The position numbers were made by a program, and so were the translations under genes. Below the pieces are notes generated by a model. The model was not told where the DNA came from and did not search any database. It was given only the letters and a program-made list of their open reading frames with translations. A stretch of 64,000 nucleotides of DNA from Amoebophrya sp. A120. Taxonomy: Eukaryota; Protista; Dinoflagellata. This document shows positions 37,661 to 50,618 of the stretch, one piece after another. Positions within the stretch are counted from its first letter, which is position 1; the number at the start of each line of letters is the position of its first letter. The stretch spans positions 10,259,432-10,323,431 of the forward strand of contig CAJINV010000001.1 in NCBI GenBank assembly GCA_905178155.1. The letters run 5' to 3'.

Positions 37661-40600
37661 ATGTTTCAAGGTTTCGCGAGTGCTTTTGGTACATCGGTGC
37701 CGAGCTTCACCGGTACTGCGTCGGGTACTAGCGACGCCTCCTCTTCCAGCAACAGCAAGGCCAATCGCAGCGACGGCGGCACGACCGCGACAACTTCTGG
37801 GTCCTCCTCGTCTACGGAGCCCGCCGAAAGGCCGTCGAACAGCGGCACCCTGTTAGGGTCTCTCTCCTCCACGTTCGGGAATTCCAGCACCCGTGCAGTT
37901 CCCAACTTCGACTTCAAGTCGTTCGCCGATGACGCCGCGAAACTGGCGCAAAAGACCGCAGCAAACGCGGCTGCTAAGGCGCGCGAGGCTGCGCAGCTGG
38001 TGCAGGAGGAATACCGAGCGACTTTTGAGGAGCAGCTGACAAAAATTGTGGATGTGATACCAAGGAAGCTGCTTATCATGGAGTTTCCCGCCAAAGAGGA
38101 CAACAAGCTGGAGCGGCTGGCGAACAGGCTAAACCGGAGCCACGGTTCCAAGTACTTGGTGCTCAACATGAGCGAACACTCCTACGATACCAAGCCGTTT
38201 CAAGGCGAAGTGATGGACGTGCGTTTCCGTGGACTGCCCAGCCCACCGCTGGAACTGTTTTTCAAGTTGGTAATCAGCGTGAAGCAGTGGCTTGACACCG
38301 GGAAAGAGCATGTTGTGGTGGTACTTTGCGATGATAATGCTTGCTTGTCGGCCTAATTTCTCATCTACGTCTTCGTTTTCTAAACCTTTTCAATGCAGCT
38401 TTCAGACAGCACGAAGCGAAGCCCGCAGGACCATTTGCAACGAGAGAAACGTTGTTGCGTGTAATAAGTCAAAGATAGGACAACGAAAACCAGTACAGGT
38501 CCACTGCTTTTCCGGTTTCACGCGGAGTGCGATGTTTTGCGCGTGCTACTTGTACTGGTGCAGCTACTGTCAATCAACGCAGCGGGGCTTAGAGTACACT
38601 CTGCGGCGACTAAAGGTGCCGAGCCAGATCCTGCCCACGCAAAAGCGGTACATGGAGTACTTCGAAACAGTTCTCACAGACGGGCAGAAAGCCGCGGACG
38701 CCCCGAAATATCTCACTCGCGTGCTTATCACGGGCATACCAAACTTTTCCAATTCCGGAGGCGGCGCCGGAGTGGCGCAGCGCCAACAAGCGCTCGGAGC
38801 TGCGACGACGCCGGCAGGAGATGTTGGAAATAAAAGCAAAGCATCGAATGCATCCGCCAGCGAGACTACCGAGCAGGGCAAAGTGGCACCTTTTGCAGCA
38901 GGAGATAATTCAGATGCCGGTGGGAAAGGAGCGCAGCATGAGTCCGCTTCATCGTCATCGACATCGCAGGATAAAGCCGCGGAAGATGCACAAGCATCCA
39001 CTGCCAGCAAAAGTGACAAGGACGAATCCAAACTTGGTGACTCGGCCTCTTCCGCAAGCGGCAGCGCGTTTTTCGGAAAAATGAGCTCCACGTTTGAGAC
39101 GTTCCGGTCCTCCTCCAAAGAGAGCGCGCCGAAGCTATTTTCGAACTTTCAGAAAGACTTTTCCAGTACGTTCAAGAACTTGCAGAAGGAAGTTTCGACA
39201 AGCAGTGCGAAGATCTTTCAACAGGTCACCACCGCCGCCGCAGCTTCTCCGCTGATGACCACCGGAGGGAATAGTTTGCAAGGAGCAGGAGGGGGAGGTT
39301 CAGATCCCGAGACAAGCTCCACCACTTCAGCCGCGAAGGAACCGATATTCGTGCCCTATCTAGGTACTTCCATTTCAGGAAAATGTCGTTGTCACAGTGA
39401 GTCTACCGTCGTTGTCACATTCCGACACACGCCTACTACACTTTGTAATACGAAAAAAAGTAAAAGAGTACGCAAATTCTGCAGCAAATTCAGTACAAAA
39501 CTTCTGCAGAAATCTGGCACAAGGAGAAGATGCTGTATTCCTCCTGGAATTCGCTGGATCCCGCGACAAGCCCCGCTCAGGAGTACTACACCTCAGACTC
39601 CTGTGTACCCTTCACACTCAAAGACGCGGAGAAATTCCTTTGTCCCTCGCTAGACGGCGACGTCCTGGTGCGGGTGCGGCACTACGACAAGAAAACTAAG
39701 CAGAAAAGCTCCGCGTTTCGCCTAGGTAGACACGTATTTCTATCTTCTGCGCTTGGTGTTGAATTGCAAAACACGAATGCATGGTAAACGTAAAGCCGGG
39801 CGCTTTGTGGCCATCTACAGCTATGGCACTCTGCTCTCGGTAAAGATAATGGTTGTAGCTAGAGCTACATCGATCTTCATCTTCATCTTCTTCTTCCGAT
39901 CAAAGCGTGTGTAAAAAAGCGAAAATGACGTCGTTGACTAGGTTTCAACACAAACTACGTGTCGGGGAACTTTCTGCATTTCCCGAACACGGAGCTAGAC
40001 ACCGCAACGATGGAATTTCCGCGGGACGGCTTTGTCGACCTCTTCTTCGAGGAGGACGGCGCCAAGAAAAAAACCAAGGAGACTCTGTCACAGGAGGCCG
40101 AAGTGTTCCAGCGCGCCCGGCAGCTCTTTGAGGAGATCAAGGCCGAGGAAACGGAGAGGCTAAGACAGCAGGTTTTGCTGGAAAAGGAAAACAAAAACAT
40201 CAAGGGCCGGATTTCGGCGCACCTCGCTGGTACGTGCTGTGTTTGGACTGAAGATGAAATGGGTATCTATGAAATGTGGGAACGAACAAGACTTGCGATT
40301 GCCGTCGTGACGACTTAGCACACAAACTAGAGTGTCAGAAGAATAGAAAGTAGGAAATTCAAAATCAAAGCAAAAACTGCAAACAAATTAAAAACAGGTG
40401 ATCACAGCAGCGACGCCGGCTCGGTCGAGGAGCGCATGCAAACAGAGGAGGAGTTCGACCGGCTACAGCGACAGCTGCTCGAGGATGCCGAACTGGAGCA
40501 AGGTGCTGGTGGTGAAGCCTCTCCCACGATCCAGAACTTGGATACGACTGATATGTACGAGATGAGCTGGGCGCAGCCGGGCGCGAAAGGCCAGAAGGGC

Positions 40601-41038
40601 GACGAGAGCCGCGGTGGGAAAAAAGAAGAGGCGAAATCTGTAGCAGGAGGTGGAGTGACCGAAAATCCAGCTGCTAGCAGTACAACCACCCCCACTTCAG
40701 CCACTGCAAGTGGATCCGCGGCGGGAAACGTTCAGGCGTTCGATATGACGACGCCCAAGAGTGCGACGTCAACTCCGGAAAAGAGTGCAGAAGAAAAAAC
40801 CGCGCCACCACCACCGCCGCCGCCCCCCGCGGTTGTCGCAGTAGAGGCGCCCGCGGATGAAGTAGCACCACCTGCAGCGACAAGTAAAGTAGCCTCGTCA
40901 CCAGGGGCAGGGGACGAGGACTTGCTCGACAGCTTGATGCAAGACACCACCAGCGCGCCCAGCCCCGAAACTGCCAGCGCGGAAAAGAAAACCGCAAGTG
41001 CAAACGACGAGCTAGACGACTTGCTTACGCTCATGTAG
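37661..41038 (+). CDS. PTEN/tensin-type phosphatase + C2-like domain protein (5 exons, GT-AG)
   Basis: LLIMEFPA, YLVLNMSEHSYD, PPLELFFKLV..VKQWL, spliced VVVVHCFSGFTRS (HCxxGxxR), ILPTQKRYMEYF, GDVLVRVRH, FRLGFNT. Confidence 0.85.
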
Positions 41039-41565
41039 TGAAACAAGAAATCTTGCATAGCAATAGCATACTACTATAACTTTATAAGGCGCATACGAGT
41101 ACGGGATACGATAGGAGCAATTCCGTGCTGGTAAGAAAAGAAATGATGAGGGATGCAGATGCTGTTGTATTCTACACTTTTTCCGTGGTACTTATGTTCC
41201 GCTCGTAGGTCTTCTTCGTTCACCTACTCACCTCGTCGAGATCGTGAGTCATTCGTGTGGTGGTGGTCGTGGTTCTCGTTCTGATGAGAGGCGTGAGAGC
41301 AGTAGATTGCACCGGCTAGAAGTACGTAGTCGATCGACAGTGCAAGAGAAGTGAATTCGATTTGGCGAAGTAGATGAAGGGAAAAGGAAGACGATTTTCT
41401 ACAGATGAGATACCGCCGAGTTGGTCGGTCTCGATCTTCTCGATTGGTGTCACGCAGCAGGTTGTTTGTTTCGTATTACGATCACGACATCTGTATGTAC
41501 CAGCAATCAGCTCGTTGCTGCAACAAAACAAAGAGAAAGTAGAATTGCGATCTTGACCTGCGAAG

Positions 41566-44500
41566 ATGAGGCTGATCCTGGCAGAGTTCGGTGCGATCGG
41601 AGCGCAGGCATCGTGGCATACGTGGGACCAGATTCCTCCACTCTCTTTCGCCGAAGTGCATTCATCAGGAGATGAGGGGGGATCCGCAGCATCTTCTTCA
41701 AAAACTGAAAACGGCCAAGAACCGCAAGACAAGGAGGGTGGTCGTGATCGGCACACTGGTGAAGCGCAGAACAGTCCTACAGCGACCCCTTCCCCTTCGT
41801 CGAGAGAGCCGTCTCAAGTCGAAACTCTGCTTGGCCAGCTCAGTCCGAAACAACGGCACCGATTGCAAAACTTCTTGGAATTTGTCGGGGAAGAGCGCCA
41901 GGATGGTACGAAAGTGGAGAGCAACAGCAAAGGAGGCAGAAATCAGGAAGTAGATTCAACAAACGAGAAAGCAAGAACCAAGCATACCGCGTCTTCTTCA
42001 TCTTCCTCTTCGCAATCGCACAAGCGGGTGTCCGTTGAGCTGTCAGCGGATGCTGGCGCTGCCGCAAGTGACCGTGAAGATGCTGCCGACGGCGCTCGAA
42101 GTACGTCTGTTTCATCTTCGAATCATGTTGGTAATCCTAATCCTGCCGGGTCCAGCAACAAACTACTACAAAGAGAGCCGAGCGATGGAATGGTGTCTGC
42201 CACGAGTTCAACAACAGGAACAGCAGCTTCGACAAAAAGGACTACGAACCAGGACCAGGAAAACAAAAACCATGTGGAAAATCATGATGAGCATGATCAT
42301 TCACTGCCACCACGGGGGCGGACCAGTACCAGTAGTGTTCGTGGTCGCGCAGTTGCTCCTTCACAAGTCGCTTCGAGTATGCTGCAGTTGGAGGACTTGG
42401 AGAAATCCATGCTGCGAGAAAGCCGGCGAGGTGGATCAGCCTCGACAACGCATCTTTCGGAGCAGCCGGGCCTTCCTGCTCTGCACCAGGAAATGGACAC
42501 CCCATCCCTGCATTCTTCATCATCAGGCTCTTCAGCTACCCCAAGTGGTCCATCGTTGGTCCGGCGTGTTGGGCGGATGAAAAAGCGGCAAAGTGGGGTG
42601 GAGCAGACTCCGCTACAGCACGAAGAAGATCTCCGCCCCGCAAGCTCTTTCGTCGAGAAGCAGAAGAGTGCAGCAAGGACGGGTGACGTCCTGCAGCATG
42701 AGTTTTATGTCAACAACCATGCAGTAACTGCTCCGACTGCTCCGTACGGTCCAAACGTTCGGGTTGGTTCGTCTTCTCCGACGGTCGGCGACATGAGCGG
42801 GAGCACGACTGGTAGTACCTCCAGCCGATCTGTGGAACGGGAAGCTGCTGCCTCTGCTGTGAACGACGACCCGGAATTGCTGGTGCCGTACCAAGATCCA
42901 AGATCAACCGAACTAGGGCGTACAATTAAATGTATGACCGGGCACGCGTGGTCTTGCGAGCCTGTGAGTCAAGGCCGACAGTGGTCGGTCTATATTTTAT
43001 GAGCGGGCTCAACCCGCCCATCACGGTAACCAAAACCTGAGTAGCATGAATATGAACCAGGCAGGGGCGCAGTTTTGCGTTGATTTTCCTGCTCTGTGTT
43101 TGACATGCTGGGTTTTCAGGGACTTGCGCCCCTGCCGATGGTAGCTTGATTGTGATTCGCCGAGGGTGATTAGAGCTGCTATTTTGCTCTGCCTTAGGCC
43201 GATTTATTTCCTCCTGATTTCTCCAGTTCTGGAGAGGGAGAGTTTATTTTCAATCCTAGTTTCGGATTATGATTGGTCTCCCCTGATTTCTCTCGTTCCG
43301 GAGAGGGGGAGAGAGTTTATTTCCAGTCCTAGCTTCGGGCTAGGTTGGATTTCTCCTGATTTCTCCCGTTCCGGAGAGGGAGAGTGGTTTTATTTCCAGT
43401 CCTAGTTTCGGGCTAGGTTGGACTTCTCCTGATTTCTCCCGTTCCGGAGAGGGAGAGTGGTTTTATTTCCAGTCCTAGTTTCGGGCTAGGTTGGACTTCT
43501 CCTATTTTCTCCCGTTCCGGAGAGGGAGAGTGATTTTATTTCCAGTCCTGGTTTCGGACTAGGTTGGATTTCTCCTGTTTTCTCCCGTTCCGGAGAGGGA
43601 GAATTGAGTTTATTTCCGGTCCTAGTTTCGGTCTAGGTTGGAGTTCTCCAGATTTCTCCCGTTCCGGAGAAGGAGAGTGATTTTGTTTCCAGTCCTAGAA
43701 GTTTCGGGCTTGTTTGGATTTCTCGTGATTTCTCCCGGTTTGGAGAAGAAGGATTTGAGTTCCCGTCCTAGCTTCGGACTACGTTTGATTTCTCCTGTTT
43801 ATTTTCCCCCGATCTGGAGAAGGGACATTTATTTTCAGTCCGAGTTGCGGACTATGTCGGATTTGTGCGGTTTTCTCCCGTTTCTGGAGAGGGAGAATGT
43901 AACTCCGGTCCTAGTTCCGGACTAACTATGTTGGGCGTCTTCTATTTTCTCCAATTTTGGAGCGGGGGGCTTCGCCCTAAGTCCGGGGGTTTGAAGTATG
44001 CCCCAGATTTCTAGTTTCCAGCTCGAGGGAGGGAGGCTCCGTCCTGTTTCGGATGATTTCTTTGCGAGTGGCCTCCTATTCCCCCCTTGCGAGGAGAGAG
44101 TAGGGAATCCATTTCCCCTTCGGGGTCGATTTTGTTTGATTTTCGCATCCGTTTGTGATGGCGGAGTGAGTCTCTGCTTGATTTCGCATTTTTATTTGCC
44201 GCGCTTTCCCCGTACAAATCGGAGTATCCCCCTTGTGTCTCTCAGCGAGCGTGTTTCAGTCCTGTTGTTAGTCGGGCTTGGAGCAGTTTATCGCCACACA
44301 TCTCTCGTGCTGGTGAGGGAGCATCGGCCGCGTTTATGCCGTTTCTTCGGGGGCTTCTCCACTCTCCCCGCTCGGGGAGTGGGTTTCTCTTGGATTTCCA
44401 CTTGTGAGGGCAAGAAGTCTATTGCCCCAGGTTCTCCCGGGTGCGGAGAAGGATTTCAGGGTCTAGCTGCAGGCTGCTTTTCTGCTCTAATTTCCGGCTT

Positions 44501-46991
44501 CTGCCGGCTTTGGTTTTCTTGTGGGTCTCACTTTATTACTCATTTTCGAGATGTGCTTGCCCTTGCAGGCTTCTTTCTCGAGGTCTACTTGCAAGGTTTT
44601 GCTCCGTTGTATTCGACATGGGGCGCCATTCTGACCTTGGTTATTTTCATTTCAACCTTGCTCGGCTTTGTGGCACTGGCGGTTTGAATCCGTTAAACCT
44701 AAAAGAGGGCAGGCGCGAGATGGAAAGGCTAGGGATGCGCCCGGCGCCTCGTGCGCCGGGGTTTTGTTTTCGCGGATTCTTTTGGTTCCGGTTTCCGGGT
44801 TTCTGCCGTCCCTAGCTCCACGAGCCGAGTCGAGGGCTTGAGATGAAATGACCAAGGTCAGCGATGGCGCATGTGGCGCAGGTTTTCCCCTGTCGGGATG
44901 TTTTCTTTCAAGGTATTCCGATTCTCCTCTGGAGGGGGTGATCTTTCTATATGGAGCTTCGTGCCCCTATGTTGTTTGCCTGTGGTTTTAGGACATCTTC
45001 AGATCCCTGTTGTACAGGGTGCGAGGAGTGTTGTGTCAAGAGTCGATCCGGTTGCATCATTACGCAGCGATGTGGTATCCTCTTCCGAATCCTTTGCCCG
45101 CCTTTTTCGGTTCAGGGGGCGAGAAGTGTTAGTCCCTGGAGAGAGGAGGTCGTCGGGCGTTTTTGTTGGGTGTCTCATGTTTATCGGGCAAACTTTCGTA
45201 TGTGTGTGTGAGGATTCTTGGCAGGATTGTAGGGGGCACTGCGCCTTCCCTGCAGGGCTTGGTCCTTTTCTTTCTGATGTCGCAGCATGCGCGTTGACCG
45301 GATCACAAGCATTACCTCGAGGTCCATTTGGCATGGTCATGGGTGTTAGTGTTTCTCGAGGTCCTCACGGCCATCGTCGCTGAGGTGGGTGTTGTTTGCT
45401 TACTGCTCCAGAGGCAGTCTTAGTGAGTTCGCGCGCATCTCCGGAAGGGTGTCGCAGATGACGGCTCCAATCTTTTCATGGGCTCCGGACTCTCTTTCCC
45501 TGTGTCATGGTGCCGGGTGGCTCCGAGTTTTCTTTGCACGCAGTGTCTTCGGAAAGGATCCCGCGCCGAAGTTATTATTTCCGTTTGAAACACACAGCTT
45601 GCGCGGGCGTTGTGGCCACCGCCGCGAGGTCTACTCTTGTGCTTTGGAAGGTTCCTTCCTGGATAGTTGTTTGGTATGCAGGTCTTTGACCTGGGGGCGC
45701 GTTCATCCCCGTGGGCTCTTGATCTGAGTACTTCTTGTTGCTCGATGACTTTCCAGCATTTCCCCGGCCGCATCCCGGCCGAGTTGTCAGGGTTGAGACC
45801 TCTTTCATCAGTGTGCGAGTGGTCAAGCGCACTACGTATCCGAAGTGAAGCCGGAGCTTCCGGGGAGTTATTTCCTATATTAAATGTTCTTACGCTGATT
45901 CTTGGGCAGCGCTTCTGCCACTAGCTGCTCTTGTGGTTTCGGTAGTTGACAAGGATTTTGCTAAGGGCCAGGGCGAAGGCGCTTTGTTTCGCCCTTTTGG
46001 AGCCTTGTTGGGATGCTGTGTGACAGTCTTTGGCATCTCAGTCGGTGTCGTCGCACGCACTCTTGCGTGTGGGGCGGCTGTTCGGTACCCAAATTCATCT
46101 CCAGCTGGTGCCGTAGGGTTCTTTGGGTCGCGTCGATGCGTTGCGTCTCCGCCGGTGGGGTAGGCTCTCCACATGCTTGGTCGCGGGCGCCTGCACCTCC
46201 TGACTCCCGGAGCGCACATCCAACGATGATCATCCATAGGATGATCTATCCGTCGGAGAAGATGTTGACTAGATCATTAAATGTATGACCGGGCACGCGT
46301 GGTCTTGCGAGCCTGTGAGTCAAGGCCGACAGTGGTCGGTCTATATTTTATGAGCGGGCTCAACCCGCCCATCACGGTAACCAAAACCTGAGTAGCATGA
46401 ATATGAACCAGGCAGGGGCGCAGTTTTGCGTTGATTTTCCCCACCCTCCCGCCCCTATTTTCTTCTTGTTATCTCTTCTTCCGAGCGGATGGATCATGAG
46501 GCTTCGCGCCGCTTCTTTTTGAGGTGTGACAGAAGCCCATCTCTTGCATTCGGGAACTGGGGTAGGCGCTCCACATGCTTGGTCGCGGGCGCCTGCACCT
46601 CCTGACTCCCGGAGCGCACATCCAACGATGATCATCCATAGGATGATCTATCCGTCGGAGAAGATGTTGACTAGATCATAAAATGTTTGATAATGCTCTT
46701 TATGGTTATGCATCATGATTTTCCACACTCTTATTTTTTCCGGGGACTCCACATTTCTCCGCGAGCCTCGATGACGCGTGAGTACTGAGTAGTGCTGTTC
46801 GCTAGAAACTGTTTTGCAGAAGCAGAGCATCTTCCTGATTACACCCAAGGGCAGCCAAAAACAATACGAAAATCACAGATACGCTGTCCATCATCTTCAC
46901 AAATGTCACCACGGCGTCTGTGATCGGTGTGCTCCTTGCCTGCTTCATTAGCTGCTTCGGGTGCTTCACACAAAAAATCTTGCGGTTTTAG
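41566..46991 (+). CDS. Ser-rich membrane-anchored protein, 2 exons; the intron hosts the YR-type element
   Basis: GTAC donor at 42920 and CAG acceptor at 46878 give ...TELGHTLSIIFTNVTTASVIGVLLACFISCFGCFTQKILRF*. Confidence 0.7.
42927..46679 (+). mobile_element. Non-autonomous or decayed tyrosine-recombinase retrotransposon with split direct repeats (PAT/Ngaro-like A1...B1A2-B2)
   Basis: A = 165 bp at 42925-43089 and 46276-46440 (identical by eye). B = 122 bp at 46156-46277 and 46558-46679 (1 mismatch). No TSD beyond a shared AT. Confidence 0.82.
43190..43960. repeat. ~73-bp minisatellite, about 10 degenerate copies
   Basis: CCTAG recurs at 43328, 43401 and 43474. Unit is TTTCTCCCGTTCCGGAGAGGGAGAGT..TTTATTTCCAGTCCTAGTTTCGGGCTAGGTTGGA. 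Confidence 0.9.
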
Positions 46992-47761
46992 AAAATAAAT
47001 GCATTGCTGTGGCGCGGCCGCATCGCGACCCCATTTATCGTGCTACAGCGTCGCAGCTTGAACAGGAGGTCGTCGAGGATGGAGGATTGGAAAGACGGTT
47101 GCTTTCGACAGATGAATGTACCTGGATCTGGAATACGGCAGAGCGACAATGTTGTTTATGTCGTGATTGACAGTTTTCATGTTAAACAAAATGAACCCGC
47201 TTCCGCTACCGCCAATAAGTAGAATGGTACAGGGTGCTGTTGCTGATGCTGTGTGTGTCATTTTAGTTGTATCATTGTTCGAGTTTTGATGTGGCATCTT
47301 CCAATGTTGTAGATGCATCTGTTTGGTGCTGTTTTCGTTTTCTGTTGAGCCTCTCGTCCTGATAGATTCTGTTTCTAATTCTATCCCCATCGTCAAAATC
47401 GCGAGCTGTCAATCAACGAGGGCATGAGACATGAGAGATCGGCGAAAACAGATGAACAGAAGACAGTTTCAGTTGTCCTCGCTATAATCGTAACCAAATC
47501 CAAACGATAACGAGAGCAAGAGCGTAGCCGCTGACAGGGAGAAGTGGCCCGGGCAAGAATCGCAAAAATGTAATGTGGCAGGCGTCTTCAGTGCTTTTCG
47601 TTTCGCTCTTCTCAAGAAGAAGGTCAAGGAAGCAAATCTAGGGCGGCTTCCTAGCTCAAGCAAGTTTGCGCGAGGGAATGGAAAAGTGAGAGAATGACTG
47701 TTGAAAATCCGCAACATTACCGTGTCAAAAAGCGGATATTTACATAATTTTAATTATAAGA

Positions 47762-49528
47762 ATGGCGCTTGACTTTTACCTGTACCAAATGACGAAGTTG
47801 CTACTCGTCTTGTCTGCAGGAGCCTCCACGGCGATAGCGTCGAGGACCGCTTCCCGCACGGCACGCAGTCAGGAGGTTTTAGACCTGCTCGCTAACGAGT
47901 TGGGTTCCTTTCAAGACCTGAAGGAGAAGCATGGCAGCCCGGACCATCGCCCGCGCAGACGGGCGAGAACAGCGTTGAGCAACCACGCACTGATTCAGCT
48001 GCACGAGAAAGGGCACAAGAGGCGACAGCAAAAAATCCAGGACTGGTTGGAGGATGGGAGAACGCATAACGTGGTTCACGTCGATAACCTTCCAGATGCG
48101 AAAAGCATTTTGCCGCAGGAAAAGGACTTCGCGTTTGCAGCGCTAGAGAAGGAACTGGCGAAAGCGACGTCAAGGTCGTTCTCTTCAAGCGGGGAGTATG
48201 GGCATGTCATTGGCTCAGCAGCATCAGCCGCGCATCTCCAACATGTCACTCCAGCGAGAGGGAAAAGAGCACGCATTCAGGTAGGGGATGTTACCCTTGA
48301 TGTTTTGTCTTAAAGGTCGAGGTTGTAAATGCAGCCAAAGAAATCACCAACAATATACAATTGCAAAGCTAAGAAAAAGAATTTCATCTTAACCTCACGA
48401 CAGGCTAGCATGTTGGAAGTCGAGGTAAGTGGAGCGGGAGGAGATACGCACCTTGACGCCGAAGATCATATTGCGTCGGCCACTTCTACTACAGCCCGAC
48501 GACTGCGGACCGAAACTGATGGTGTCAACAAAGGCAAAGGCGTGTCTTTGAGTGAGCAAAGCACAAGGAACCTGAAGGACGACAACTCAACAACTTCAAC
48601 TTTTTTGACAGCAATAGACAACAGAACCATTTCCGCGGCGGGAAGTAGACACGACACCGAGTCATTTCTGGGTGAGGTAGCGAATTCTTCGGCAGCACTG
48701 CTCACAACGTCTGCCAAAAATGCGGCCGCCGGCGCGGCCACAGCATCCGCAAAGAACTCTAGCGCATCGGCAACAACGTTGATGCGAACCGCGGCGCACC
48801 ATCGAGCTTCTGACGAGAATGCGACCGACACCGGCCAGCATACAAGTGAAGCAGTACAATCCGAAACAAGCGGCGATGGCGAACACGAGGAACGGTCTAG
48901 CAAGGAGCGCGCAGCCGTCCACCTACAGCAGAACTCGCACATGAACAAAAACCACGAAGTAGCGACGGCTTCGTCCAGCAAAGAGCAGCAGAACAAGGCA
49001 GCTATTCAGAAGGTCACACAGAAGGAGCACAAAAGGCGAGAACGCGAGCTGCTGCTGGCGCAAATGAGGGGCCAAAGTGCGGCAAAGTCCACTACACTGG
49101 TCTACAAGCTGAAACTGTTCTTCATGGGCGGGTCCTACATTTGGACGGCGGGAGAGGACTTCCACTACCTCTGCGACTGCGACTACGAAACCAAGCTCTG
49201 TCCCGACGGCGACTCGCCCTGCGACGACGCTTCCAGCGAGGGCCTCATCGCACTTTTTGACAGCGTACGAAAGATTTCTGTTGTTCCCTTTGATTCTTCA
49301 GGTTTTCTAAAAATATGGTTATGACTGCATCGGAACGGGAAGTGCTATGATCTCGTCCCGATGTTGGTTTTCCCTGATTAAGAGTATGATGAAGATGATG
49401 TGTGAAACTTCATCTCTTCATGAAAAAATGCAATTCAGATCTCGTGTCTCGTTGCGGGCATGAACTGTGAAGATGATGAAACGGTGGCACCGGATGCAGC
49501 CGCTGCTCCGACGAACGAAGCCGCGTGA
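47762..49528 (+). CDS. Putative secreted protein with Cys-containing C-terminus (3 exons)
   Basis: Signal-like [19 protein letters not shown] introns ~48281-48403 and ~49265-49438. Ends [17 protein letters not shown]...[15 protein letters not shown]...AA*. Confidence 0.65.
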
Positions 49529-50618
49529 TGAGGTGGAAGGTGCACATTCGCGACGTGACTGAGGAATCACTGACTCCCGACAGTGATGCACAATAAATCC
49601 AATGGCTTTCGCTTTGTCAGAGGACCGTAAACTCAAATAGTCCAAGACGACAATGGAAACCTGAACCACTATGAAAGCCGCGAGCGAAGACCACGATATA
49701 CTCTCTCATCCAGAGGAGCCAATGAAACGAGAAAAATCCAATTTCAATTTGGAATATCCAAAGAGGCGAATGTTATATAATGCGGAACTTCAACTTGACG
49801 TTGACAAGCCTCAGTCAGGTCGCTCAATGATTTCGGACCACAGGTGTTCGCATCATGCATAATCAATTTGCCTCGTAGCTCTTGCTTGACTTCTCAACAA
49901 TCGGTGTCAATCGGTTTACAGTAGCACCAAAACTTGAGTTTGAAGGGCCATGATTCGAAAGCACGCCGATGGAAATACGAATTTCTCGTGTCCGCGATTG
50001 CCCCACTGATCATGAAGACGTCAAGTACGTGAGTAGTAAAAGGAAGGAGTTCTTCATAATGTTCAACATCATCTAGCTACTGGAACAAGGCACCAAATAC
50101 TGAACTTTTGTTTCTTGTTTAGCAAAAACACGAGAAGTACCCTCTCCTCACCATTCCAGGCTCCCATCATGAGAAAGAAAAGCTAATTCTCGAAAACGAA
50201 AAGCATGCACGACGAAGACGATGCATAAAGAAGAAGATCTAGCCCTTGATGTCCCTGTGGATGTGTGGAGGTCATGGTGTTTTTCTTCTCTCTACGTACC
50301 TCCCTTGACCCGTTTTCAAACGCATATGACCTAGAGTGCGGTACCGATTTTCAATCCGTGTAGGAGATTTTCTTTCCATGATCGACAATGATGTCTTAGG
50401 CCTCTGCCTCCGGGTGCAAAGCCTTCGGAATTTCTCTTCGCTGCGGTGCAGTAGCACCACCGTTTCGTTGCTAGCCGGAATGCCGTGAGAACCAAATCTG
50501 CAGTGGAAGTATTAACGTTAGCCGGAAGAAAGCTGCGCCTGTGGGTGCAGCGTCGTGAAACGAGTTCTGTGTGTCCGCTGACTGCACGAGCACGACGGCA
50601 ACCACGACATCCGGCAAG

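Noticed and set aside
43190-43960. CRISPR-like regularly spaced repeats
   Set aside because: The whole 73-bp unit repeats with no unique spacers. No cas genes, and the context is eukaryotic.
42925-46440. LTR retrotransposon with 165-bp LTRs
   Set aside because: No TG...CA pair or 4-6 bp TSD, and the extra B repeats give a split-direct-repeat layout.
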